A stretch of DNA of 61,623 bases, the filler included, from Choristocarpus tenellus KU-1152 (lineage: Eukaryota; Protista; Phaeophyceae): NCBI GenBank assembly GCA_964200185.2. It is 10 parts of 10 records of this genome, joined end to end, with 100 filler letters (N's around TTAATTAATTAA, not from the genome) between each part and the next. Parts side by side here need not be neighbours in the genome. Positions count along the whole stretch, not along the records: positions 22,147 to 29,670 come from CAXNAD020006020.1; positions 29,771 to 37,418 come from CAXNAD020005819.1; positions 37,519 to 44,054 come from CAXNAD020007913.1; 7 more parts are not named here. One strand, 5' to 3'. Below the pieces are notes generated by a model. The model searched no databases. It saw only the letters and a list, made by a program, of their open reading frames with translations, and was not told the DNA's origin. Numbering within the stretch: position 1 is the stretch's first letter; each line of letters begins with the position of its first letter. This document shows positions 26,695 through 38,001 of the stretch, one piece after another. The translations under genes were made by a program, and so were the position numbers.

Positions 26695-28261
26695 TCAAAT
26701 TTGGTCCATCATGTCTTTCTCGCTGATGTGGCGACATCCAGTGCCAAAAGGAGAGGGTGTGAGCTCAGTCATGGTGTGTTGTGGGAGATCGATGTAGGGC
26801 ACTTCCTGTACTGGGATCCCCATGAAGTATGCAAAGAGACATCTCTGTACAGCCAAGTGACAGACCACCACCAGGCTCCGTGGCTGGAATGAGAGGGAAT
26901 AGGAAAGTGAGTTGAGATTCAAGGAGATCTTGTTTTGAGGAGGTGAAAAGGAAGCAGAACTTGCTACTCACTAGACAAAAAAAGTGATGCCAACATAGAT
27001 AAACCAAGAGCAAGCATCACGAAGATTCATCTCACTAAAAAAACTTTAACCCTAAAAAAAGCATGCTGTCCACATGCCATAGTGAGCCAATTGAGGGTTT
27101 GCCCGTCTTCCCCTCTTACTGGCAAAAAAAATGTACTATTCATTGTAGTGTGACTCTTGATTACGAGTAGGGAGAATTGAATAGCTTTTGTTTTAGGGTT
27201 AGGGTTAGGGTTAGGGTTAGGGTTTATCAACAAGAACAACTCATATGTATTGAATAGCTTTTGTTGTATCAACAAGAACAATTCATATGTATTGAATAGC
27301 TTTTGTTGTATCAACAAGAACAATTCATATGTATTGAATAGCTTTTGTTGTATCAACAAGAACAATTCATATGTATTGAATAGCTTTTGTTTTATCAACA
27401 AGAACAATTCGTATGTATTGAATAGCTTTTGTTATATCAACAAGAACAATTCATATGTATTGAATAGCTTTTGTTGTATCAACAAGAACAATTCATATGT
27501 ATAAAATAGCATTTGTTTTATCAACAAGAACAATTCATACGTATTGAATAGCTTTTGTTTTATCAACAAGAACAACTCATATGTATTGAATAGCTTTTGT
27601 TTTATCAACAAGAACAACTCATATGTATTGAATAGCTTTTGTTTTATCAACAAGAACAACTCATATGTTTTGGGCCAAACCAACATCAATGTAACTATTG
27701 CTCCAAGTATAACCAACATGAAGGCACTTTCTCGTATCTTCAAGTATCATCATTATCATAAGTATCATAATCAAAATTTTTACTTCCATTGGCTGTACCA
27801 ACTTGTGAGCAAGATATAATAATGTATGGTATCAAACTTATTCAACAAAGAAAGAAAAGGTCCAGAGATCAAAGGAAAAAGATGCCTTAGTGCAGAGGAA
27901 TTACATTGCACATCATTGAGAACGAAATAGATCTCTCTTCTGACCAGGATAGATCTCTCTACTGGCTCCTGCCTCCCCTACTTATCTCTGATGCAACTCA
28001 CGATCTATTTTTACATCCCTGGCCTTACAGAGGCACAAGGGTTGATTTCCACCATGTACATAGTAAGCAATTTATGTTGATGTACAGCTCATTCACATGA
28101 ATCACACATCATGCTGTGTTAAACTCCACCCATAAAGGATTTCGCTACGGAAGTTTCTTAAAGTCCATTCCGCTTCATAACTACACAGATTCAACCCCTG
28201 CAAACACCAACACTAACAACCAACAATGAACTAACACAATCCACAACAACAAAGGTATGGA

Positions 28262-28315
<54 letters not shown>

Positions 28316-29287
28316 ACCCCACACCACCACAAAACACCAACACACACACCCACCAACAACCACCCACCCCCCCCAAAAAAAAGGTATGGAAACCCCCCCC
28401 CCCCCCCCCCCTCCTCCCACCCTTTCCTGGAAAGTCCAAACACCTTGCCCTACCCCCTCATGCACAAAATCACTCTGCTATCGCTCACCACCTACATTCT
28501 TTCCATACATCACTTTATCCCCCTCCCCCTCAAAATAATCATATTATTATTAACCCATTGTACCTGTCGCTCCAGTTCCACAATAATGGGTCGTACCCTC
28601 TGTATGACATCCAGGTAAGACTCTCCCCCCACCCCTGGGAATCTGAAGTCAAGCTTCTTGGCCTCGCGTTGAGACCACATTTCTGGGAACTGGTTCCCTC
28701 AGAAGTATCACCCATTTTTTGGAAAAAGAGGGGAGGGGAGAGGATGTGAAACACACCTATGTTCAGGACTTGAAAGTACTCCCACAGTATCATTAAAGCA
28801 AGCTGCATCATGACCATCATGACCATCATGACCATCATGACCATCTAACCCTAACCCTAACACTCAATTCTTCACCGCTGCAACAAACAGCTAAAAAAAT
28901 ATACTATATTTATTTTTACATGCTACATAATAATATTAATAATAACATTAATAATATTAATATTTTACTCACAATCACTGATACTCCCTAACCCTAACCC
29001 ATATCCCTCAAATATAGTGATTGGTACATAGACATGATCAGTAACAATAATAATGATGATGGCAGTGTTGTGAAAAGCAACATTAAGACCAACGAAATAG
29101 CAAATTGGTCACATTCCACCATTCAAATGCATTCAATTGCCCTATATGTCTAACCCTAACCCTAAGTTTATTTCTATGAAAACATCCATCCACAAACCTC
29201 ATTTCGGAACTGCGCCCTGCTCATCCCTGTAAAGTTGCCCCCATGGAGTTCATTCAGTATGGGCGTTGTTGCCACAGGGTACAGCAT
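26695..29287 (-). CDS. 6-phosphofructo-2-kinase/fructose-2,6-bisphosphatase-type histidine phosphatase domain, C-terminal part
   Basis: Exons 29198-29287, 28564-28689, 26695-26883 in phase: LNELHGG..., FRFPGVGGESYLDVIQRVRPIIVELERQ, LVVVCHLAVQRCLFAYF...PYIDLPQHT, matching the PFKFB FBPase-2 domain. Confidence 0.88.
27176..27668. repeat. 42-bp intronic minisatellite (about 11 units) with (TTAGGG)5 inserted in the first unit
   Basis: Unit TATCAACAAGAACAA(C/T)TCATATGTATTGAATAGCTTTTGTT(G/T); TTAGGG x5 at 27193-27222. Confidence 0.93.
28250..28420. repeat. Poly-C tracts within a short tandem duplication
   Basis: AAAGGTATGGA(T/A)A.C-run occurs twice; long C homopolymers. Confidence 0.7.
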
Positions 29288-29385
29288 CTGATTGACCAAT
29301 CAAATTCCGACAAGTTGATTGACCAATCAAATTCAGACAAGTTGATCGACCAATCAAATTCAGACAAGTTGATTGACCAATCAAA
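29288..29385. repeat. 27-bp tandem repeat abutting a splice acceptor
   Basis: TGATTGACCAATCAAATTC(A/C)GACAAGT, about 3.5 copies. Confidence 0.85.
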
Positions 29386-29555
29386 AACGTTTATTGGAGG
29401 TTAGTTGTCCGTTTGGTTTGATTGCTTGACCAGAAAGAGGGAAAAGAAAAGAAAAAATAGTCGATTCACCTCAACTACTACAAAAAAAATAATATCAATA
29501 TAATGAAAATAAAATATTTTATGTGATAAAATTTAAAACATCACGTGAAGAAGTA

Positions 29556-29670
29556 AAAAGACATCACCTGAGATAATAATAATAAGACATTAGATAAATT
29601 AAAAACATCACCTGGGATAATAATAATAAGATATTAGATAAATTAAAAACATCACCTGGGATAATAATAA
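29556..29670. repeat. About 44-bp tandem repeat at contig end
   Basis: AAAACATCACCTG(A/G)GATAATAATAATAAGA.ATTAGATAAATT repeated. Confidence 0.8.
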
Positions 29671-29770
29671 NNNNNNNNNNNNNNNNNNNNNNNNNNNNNN
29701 NNNNNNNNNNNNNNTTAATTAATTAANNNNNNNNNNNNNNNNNNNNNNNNNNNNNNNNNNNNNNNNNNNN

Positions 29771-29838
<68 letters not shown>

Positions 29839-30055
29839 GAGAGATTGAGTTCTAGGCTGGTGTAGTTGAGAATGGTTCAGGATCCCATTTGGTGGTGGAG
29901 TAGCCACTGCGACTATTATAGTGTGTGTATTATTAGTGGTCAATAGTTATGTTCTGTCACTATTGTTATTGGATAGGGATTAGGGTTAGGGCTTGTATGC
30001 CACAGGGTTCTTGGTAGTTTTATGTATTGTAGTGTATGATACGGAATGTGCAACT

Positions 30056-30195
30056 GTAGTATTGTATCGTATAGTATAGTATAGTACAGTATAGTACAGT
30101 ATAGTACAGTATCGTATACTATAGTATACTATAGTACAGTATAGTATTGTATCGTATAGTGTAGTATAGTATAGTACAGTATAGTATAGTATACT
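30056..30195. repeat. (TATAG/TACAG)n microsatellite
   Basis: Directly visible pentamer array. Confidence 0.9.
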
Positions 30196-30656
30196 TTATC
30201 CTAACTTTTCCTACCCGAGGTATTTGTCAAACACATATTTCAGTTTTTTATTTTATTTTATTTTAAGGAGTCCACAAGTGTGCAACATGTAGGGTTGGAT
30301 CTTGAAGATCTTGAGTCTAACCCTATAGTACTTGAAGCTTGCGAACCCTAACCCTAACCATATCCCTCTGTTGGTTGTCCAACACAAGGTCACATGCACT
30401 TTGAAGCACAACTCGTCCATCGTATGACCGGGTGGTATTGATATTGATTAAAAATGATTTCAGTGATATATTGTCATCTATCAAGCACTCTGTTACGATC
30501 AACGCGTGTGCATACTGACGCTATGTGTATTGACAAAATGGGAAGCAATAATAATAACAATAACAATAATAATAATAACACAAATATGAACAATAATAAG
30601 GGCAATGCCAAAATAAGAACGCTAATAAAAGTAGTAATTTGAAAAAAAAAATGCAG

Positions 30657-33600
30657 CGATCTTTAGTGGCGGACTATGAAGAAAAGTTCAAGACCATGGA
30701 GCCAAGGAGCAACACTCTGAGCCGCCTTCACAGTATAGAGGATGAGCTGCACAGGAATGTGACTGATCTCACTGCTTGCCGAAAGGGGTACTCCATATAC
30801 AAAAAGGAGGTATGTGTTCCTCTTAGGGGACTCCATATTTAATAAAAAGGTCTGGTGTTCCTTTTTTAGGGTATACAAAAAAGAGGTATGTGTTCCTTTT
30901 AGGGTAGTCTACATACAAAAAAAAAGGTATGTGTTCTTCTTAGCACTCCGTCCCCCCTACCCCCCTTTTCTGTGTTGAGTAGTCACTTGGATACGTGAAT
31001 GTATACATAGATACATACATGTGTGTGTATGTGTGTGTATGTGTGTGTAAATTAAGGTATACGGTGTGGATGAATTGGATAAACCGGGACTGCTCTGTGC
31101 ACGTGCGTGTGAGTTGTTTTTATTTTATTTTGTAAATTAAAAAAAGAGGGTTTCACGATAAAGAAAAGAGTCGGTGTGATGATCTGGCTTTATTCTCGAG
31201 TGTGCTTCGCCGGTATGATGCGTAAACTAATTGATTTTTATTTTTCTTGTCATATATATTTTTTAGTCACTCATCTTATAGTCGTAGTCATAGCCATAGT
31301 CGTAAGGTGATACATAAATATAATAATAAATTGTCTTACTTGATTAAAGAGTGAGTCGTGTTCATTAATAAAATGTACATATATCCCACTTTTTTTTTGT
31401 TTTGTTAATTCTCCATCTGGTGGTTTCATCCCCTTGTTGTTTTTGGTTTCTCCAGCAAACTTTTGGTTATAAACAAGTAAATACTTTTGACTGGAGTGTT
31501 GATTTTAGAAAAAAAAGAACAAAAAAAGAACAAAAAAAAAAGTGTAGCGTGTCGAGTTGGGTTGAATTTTCCCAGTATAAACAACCTACTGTTCCAACTC
31601 CTGTCTCTCTCTCTCTCTCTCTCTCTCCCTTTTTTGTTTTCAGGGGTGGGGAGATTCTTTTTCAGTAGATTCGAAGGCGTTTGAGTTATTTTTCTGGTGT
31701 GTGTTTCGAAGTCAGGTGCACTTGCACAAAAAAAGTGAAATTTTTTATTCCGAGAGGAGAGTAGTCTGCTGCTCTGAAAGTAGTGGTGTGGAAGTATATA
31801 TGGGTAGTAAGATGAAGACACTATTTTCTGCTTGTGTTACACAATATAGGTATGTATCCTATATATATTGAGCAGGGTTAGGGTTAGGGGTGACCCCTCG
31901 TATTTAACTTCTCGGAAATGTATCTGACAGTTTCAGGTTAGGTTTCCCCTTTGCACTGTGGTTTCAAATGTAAGAATCGCCTCTTTTAGGATACGGGTCT
32001 AGCGCGTCACTACTGTGGAAAGGTGCCTTCAACCGGTTCAATGGTATACCTTCTTTTGGTGTATTTATTGCCTCTCGCAGGTACCAAATGTGCAGGTATA
32101 GTGGGGCCATTATTTGGAGCGAGCATATGTTCTTGCATATACTTGTGTGTATGTGTATATATATATGTTTTCCTATGTATTTTTGTCTTATTTCTTGTAT
32201 ATAGTTTAGGGTTAGGGTTAGTGTTAGTTGCTGGTATCCATCTCTGTTTGTGAACCCCTCCTCATACTGCCTCCCCCCTCTCCCCCCCGCCCTGTTCCAT
32301 GATGGTTTCTGGTCACTAAACTTGACGTTGTTGATATTGATGGTGATGATGATGGTGATGGTGATCGTGATGGTGATGGTGATGGTGATGGTGATGTTGA
32401 TGATGGTGATGGTGATGGTGATGGTGATGGTGATGGTGATGGTGATGGTGATGTTGATGGTGATGGTGATGGTGATGGTGATGGTGATGGTGATGGTGAT
32501 GGTGATGGTGATGGTGATGGTGATGGTGATGTTGTTGATGTTGATATTGATGGTGATGGTGATGGTGATGTGAGTCAAGGTGGAGACACTTCGAAATGTG
32601 ACCAATGACCTACGTGGAAAGTTGAAATCGACCAATAAAAAGCAAACTAAACCTGAAGCAGGGTCGAAGGGACAGGATCACGAGGAGGTTTCAATCCTTG
32701 GGGAGGCGTCTGAAGAGAAGTTGAGACAGAAGGAGTTGGAGAGGGCGGGGAAGGCAACGGAAGGCAAGGAGAGGAAGAGTGTCACTATGCTGGGAGGTAG
32801 CAAGAAGGAGGGGAAGGAGAGGAAGGATGATGATATTTTGGCTTCAAGTAGTACCAGCAATGAAGAAGAGGGTGATGTTGGTGAGGTTGTGGGGATGGGC
32901 ACTGGTGTGAAGGAGGAGAAAGAGGAGGAGGTTGGGGGCACGAGAGGCGAAAATTTTATGGTTAGGGGATGGGAGGACCATGCAGACAGGCTGGGCGAGG
33001 TGGACCCGACCCCGAGCGTGATGGCTATTAAGAGGTGAGATGTGGCTAGTAAGAGGTGAGAGATGGCCATTTTGAGGTGAGATGTGTCTGTTAAGAGGTG
33101 AGAGATGACTAGTAAGAGGTGAGATGTGGCTATTAAGGGGTGAGAGATGGCTAGTAAGAGGTGAGATGTGGCTAGTAAGATGTGAGATGTGGCTATTAAG
33201 GGGTAGGGTAGTGAGATGTATGGTAGGATTAATAGCGTCTCATGCATCATCTCCATGGTGTTGGGACACGGTGAGTAAGGTTTGTACTGTATCCTCAAAT
33301 TGTTAGGGTTATTGTTACAGTGCAAGAGCAGAGTATTTTTTTATTCGTATGGTTTGCTAAAAAAAAGGCGTTCATGTTTTTTTAATGCTAGTAAGGTAAA
33401 AGGTTGGGAGTAGGTGTGAGGTTCTCATTGTCAAAGTGTTTAAAAAGACCAGTGGGTTCAGATTGTCAAGAATTTTTTTATTTTATGAAAGGGAACATGA
33501 CTGGAAGAGAACAGAAGTGTTAATAATAATATAATATGACCCTGTGTTCTGGCTATTGAGAAAGGGATGAAGGCATGCTTGCTGTGTGTCTTTGTCTTTG

Positions 33601-36600
33601 CAAAGTACATTTTTTTTTTCCAGGGTGTGTCTGGGTGTTTGTTGAATTGTGCCTCTTCAGTTGTCCATCTTAGGTAGAAGTCAGTGGGTGTGTCCCAGTG
33701 AGGTAAAAGGAACCCAAGATGTACTTACTGCTGAGTATCTTTGTCTTTAGTAGGTATTTTGGGAACATACTATTGAGTGCTTTGTCTGGAATAGGTATTT
33801 TGGTAATATATCATTGAGTGCTTTGTCCTGAATAGGTATTTTGGGAACATATTGCTGAGTGTCTTTATCATGAGTAGGTATTTTTGGAACACTGAATATT
33901 GACCGTCTATAGGGAGTGCTGTGGAGTACTGTGGAGTGTATTTTAAGTGACTATATTTGGTTTGTGGAAGTTATTGTTTGTTATCATTGTCCTTTATTGA
34001 ATGTCTTCTTTTTTTTAAATGGCATTGAAGAGAACTAACTCGAAGTGGTCCAAACACATACACATATGCATACACCTTTTGGTTAGTTTTGATGTACTAT
34101 AATGTACTCAGTTGGTTTAAAGTGACAATGAACAATATAATAATAATATAAGTGATGTATGTGTGTAAGTGAAGACAGGGTGCTAAGAAGATTCAAATGG
34201 GGTGTACCTTTTTATCAAAAATAAATTAAATAAATCTGCAATGGTCAAGAGGGTTGACTTCTATAATATATATATTTATGTGTGGAGGTGAAGAGGTTTG
34301 GTTTTTAATATAGGCATTAAAAACATTCAAATGGGGGGGTGCCCTCTCTACAACATCACACTTGTGCATGATGTTTAGTCACTCATGACTCTTGTATTTT
34401 GTAATAAAAAAGGGGTGGGGGGGGGGGGGAACAGTGCCCCAATGAAGAAAAGAAATCAAGTTAATGGTAGATTTCAATGAATACAATATCTCACTTTGTA
34501 TTTCAATTATGTATGCAAATATACATTTTTATTTCATTTGTTTAAATTGTTTAATTAAGAAAAAACCATACTGTGTGGAGTGGGGAGAGTGACTGCAATA
34601 CATACGCCTTTTCTCCACTTTGAAGCTACTTGACTTGAAAAAAGGAAATATATATGGAGTGTGTATGCCACTCTGAACCCCTCCTCCCCCTCAACCTTTT
34701 CGGGTTTTGTTTTTTTATTTTTTTTCAGTCTACCTGAGGATAAGCATGAGGAGGCCATGCTCGCCAACATTGCTGCTCCTGGGGAGCCAAAGTTTGATCC
34801 AGAAGATGCGGTAGGAACCTTAACTTTGATTTGACAGGGGTGGGGGTGGGGTGGAGGGTGGAGAGACACTTTTTAGTAAGTACATCAGAAAGTCTTCTTC
34901 TACAACCCGTCTGTTTCATGTGTTCCTATTAATATTTGGTGTTTTGTGCATGGTTGTGGTTGTACTATGTATGTGGGGGTGTCTTGAGTATTATTTTGTG
35001 TTTATCGGTATATTGCTTGTGGTTGTACCGCAGTAGCCTCCTGTAGGCTCTTATCGATGGAGGCGTTTTCTTGTGCGCTAGAAATTATATAAAAAAAATG
35101 TATATATATTGTTGGAGGTCGGCTCTATTATTTTTTGTTGTGTAGTGTTTCATTTTGAAGCACATGTGTGTGTGTATGTAGCATGGGTTTTTTTTCAACT
35201 TCTTTGAGTAAATATAATATTTTTATTAGAAAAAACTCAATGAAGTAGAACAGAATGCATTTCAGTAGGACCTTTTGGGATTTAAAACAATGTGTTGGAG
35301 GGGAATTGAAGTTCTATTTGTAAGATGGCAGGAAGAGGATTCGATCTGTGGACCAAGGGGTTGAAGAGCTCATTCAAGAAAAGCAATGCCCTTCCTCCAG
35401 AACAGACTATCTGAATGCGTGAACATTTTAGGTGCATGTTCTCCTCTGGGATCAATGTCAAAATGGATAGCCTTGTTGCCACTTGATATGCCCATTGATG
35501 AGTCATGCTTCTGGTCCAAATTGGACATGTCTTACTTTTGGAAGAGTTCCCACTATCTTGTCTTATTTTCACCTGTAGTTGGCCCTTTCGCTAGATCAGA
35601 ATTGTGGGCAGACTGCAGTCTGGTCCTGTTTGAACTCTGGTGGTCCCAAACCAGTCCTGTCAAGACTTATTTTTCCAGAATTGGTCCGCTGCCCAGTCTA
35701 GTTAGGGTTTCTGGCGGCCCTGGAAGGGATGGTATATTAGGCAAGACGACTCAGCATGAGGACAGTGATGCGGATTCCTAAACTGTCCCAAATATATGTG
35801 GGAATATAGACTGGATTATAAGAATTCCCCAGGTTGCGTACATTCCGATCATTGTAGTATATGTTATCAACAAGGCTGAATGGGCTGGCCTATGGCCTGG
35901 TTTGGTTACTGTCTTTGACACTCCAGAACCAGACATGTTATAGCATATTTCAATAGGACTAAGCTCTGGGCCGGTCTGGTTCCGGTTGAATCTGAGGTTC
36001 TTGGACTGGTCAGTTAAAACAGTTCACCTGGACTACATTGTGACCCAGTCCCATCACATGCACCCGATCTGGTGAAGATCTCTGAGTTGAAGCATTGCTT
36101 TTCATTTTTTAGCATTGTTTAAAAATTGCTCGAAAATCCTCTCAAGGTAATCTGTGCATTGCTCTTGGGGAGGATGGCAGTGCATCCACCATGGGGTGTA
36201 TTGGATGTACAATGCAATGGGGTTTTGTTGTTGGAGTAGTAGTGGTACTAGTTGGGACTAGTGGTGATAGTGGACACATGTCTCAGTAGTGGCATGTCTT
36301 TCTGTTTGGACGTGCCTGTCAACTTCCCTATCCCTCCTGCCCCCTTCTCATCCTTACGGATTCTGTTGGTGATGCTGCTCCTGATTTTGAAATGGCAGGG
36401 AAAAGAGAGTCTCTTCACTACCTTTTATATTAGAGTAAACAGATTAGTAGGCATAGATGGAATCTGTTATTCTCTCCACCACCTGTTGTCTTAGAGTACA
36501 AAAGAGTAGAGGGCATAGGTGGAATCTACTGCATTGTGTCCTCCAATTGTAGGTCCGTCTTTCCCTAACCCTTGTTCCCCCTTCTCCCCATATCCCCCTG

Positions 36601-37418
36601 GTATTCTCCTTGTCCTCGCATTTGTGTCTTACTTTTTCTTTTTTTGATACAGATGTCCCCAGGAAAAAATGCAGAACTGGACTCTGCAGAAGAGCATAAC
36701 ATGAGAATACAACGCCCAGTTAATATGGATATAGGGTCAGCAAGAAGGGAGGATGGCTTGCTTCCCTTTTCCTCTGGTTCCCCTCGTATTTTCATGGAGG
36801 ATGAGTCTGATGATGAAGTTGAAACGGCCAAGTTGATGGACAAGTATAAACAGGGAGAGTTGAAAAATGCTAAGGATTGGTTGAGTGCGTACGAGCAAAG
36901 TAGGAAGAGTGGTGGCAGAGCCTATAAGGACTGGGATGGGGAGGTAAGTCCTATAGGTAGTAAGGATAAGAGTGATAAAGTCGTGGAGAGTACAGATGAT
37001 GAGGAAGAGGAGGGTAATGGCGCCTCCAGTGTTGTAGGGGATATGGTAAAGGATGACAAGATCATGGAAAGTACAGATGATGAGGAAGAGGAGGGTAATG
37101 TTGAGCTTGGTGTTGTAGGGGATATAATCAAGGGTAACAAGATCATGGGGAGTACAGATGAGAAAAAGGAGGGTGATGGTGCCTCCAGCATTGTAGGGGA
37201 TAAGGCTGTGGGTGACAAGGTCATGGAGAGTACAGATGATGAGGAGAAGGAGGGTGATGGTGCCTCCAGTGTTGTAGGGGATATGGTCAACGGTGACAAG
37301 ATCATGGAGAGTACAGATGATACAGAGGAGGGTAATGTTGCCTTGGGTGTCTTAGAGGATATGGTCAAGGGTAACAAGATCATGGAGAGTACAGATGATG
37401 AGGAAAAGGAGGGTGATG
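30657..37418 (+). CDS. Uncharacterised coiled-coil/acidic protein with 27-aa tandem repeats; 3' incomplete, 5' end uncertain
   Basis: Exons 30657-30809 (ATG at 30651 is a possible start), 32580-33034, 34729-34810, 36653->37418 join in phases 0, 2, 0. Purine-rich coding composition; 81-nt repeats encode ESTDDEEEEGNGASSVVGDMVKDDKIM. Confidence 0.7.
32335..32570. repeat. (GATGGT)n microsatellite
   Basis: Directly visible; it produces the spurious (MV)n and (IT)n ORFs. Confidence 0.95.
33019..33217. repeat. 21-bp minisatellite overlapping a splice donor
   Basis: GATGTGGCTA(G/T)TAAGAGGTGA units, about 9 copies. Confidence 0.9.
33725..33895. repeat. About 40-bp intronic tandem repeat
   Basis: TGAGTG.TTTGTC..GAATAGGTATTTTGGGAACATA repeated about four times. 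Confidence 0.75.
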
Positions 37419-37572
37419 NNNNNNNNNNNNNNNNNNNNNNNNNNNNNNNNNNNNNNNNNNNNTTAATTAATTAANNNNNNNNNNNNNNNNNNNNNNNNNN
37501 NNNNNNNNNNNNNNNNNNGGTGCCTGCGTGAGATAGGGGAGTGGTAGGGTGCTGTGGTGGGTGGGTTGGTGT

Positions 37573-37609
<37 letters not shown>

Positions 37610-38001
37610 GTGATGAGGTAATGGAGATCCATGTCTCTAGATCAATTTTTTTCTGTGTCCTCATGGTATGGGTATGTTGCCAGCCGATCCCTTGTTGTTT
37701 GGGGTTGCTCGTGGTGGGTCACACATATGTCACACATATTTGCAGTAATCCACTGAATATGATCCACAGTCCTTACCCATCCTTCTTCTCGTATCCACCA
37801 TCAAGTCTTGTTGATCCTAGCCTTGCACTTTTGCTACCCCTTTTGCACTGGATATTTCCGCCTTCTTACTCTCATTCACACATACTACCCATTATTTATC
37901 CCTTCTATGCATTCTCTCGCAACTGACACTAATTCCTCTGTCAACCCCGGCCTATGCCAATACCGGTGCTGACACACCACACTGGTGGTTATTTTTGCCA
38001 G

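Noticed and set aside
27224-27668. CRISPR-like array
   Set aside because: Units are head-to-tail near-identical 42-mers with no unique spacers, inside a eukaryotic intron, and no cas genes are present.
28181-28538. Poly-Gly and poly-Pro ORFs
   Set aside because: C homopolymers within a PFKFB intron.
31964-32635. (IT)n and (MV)n ORFs
   Set aside because: Translation of a GATGGT microsatellite within an intron.
35431-36063. Possible TIR element (GGTGCATGT...ACATGCACC) in an intron
   Set aside because: Only 9 bp of inverted match, no TSD and no second copy in the window.
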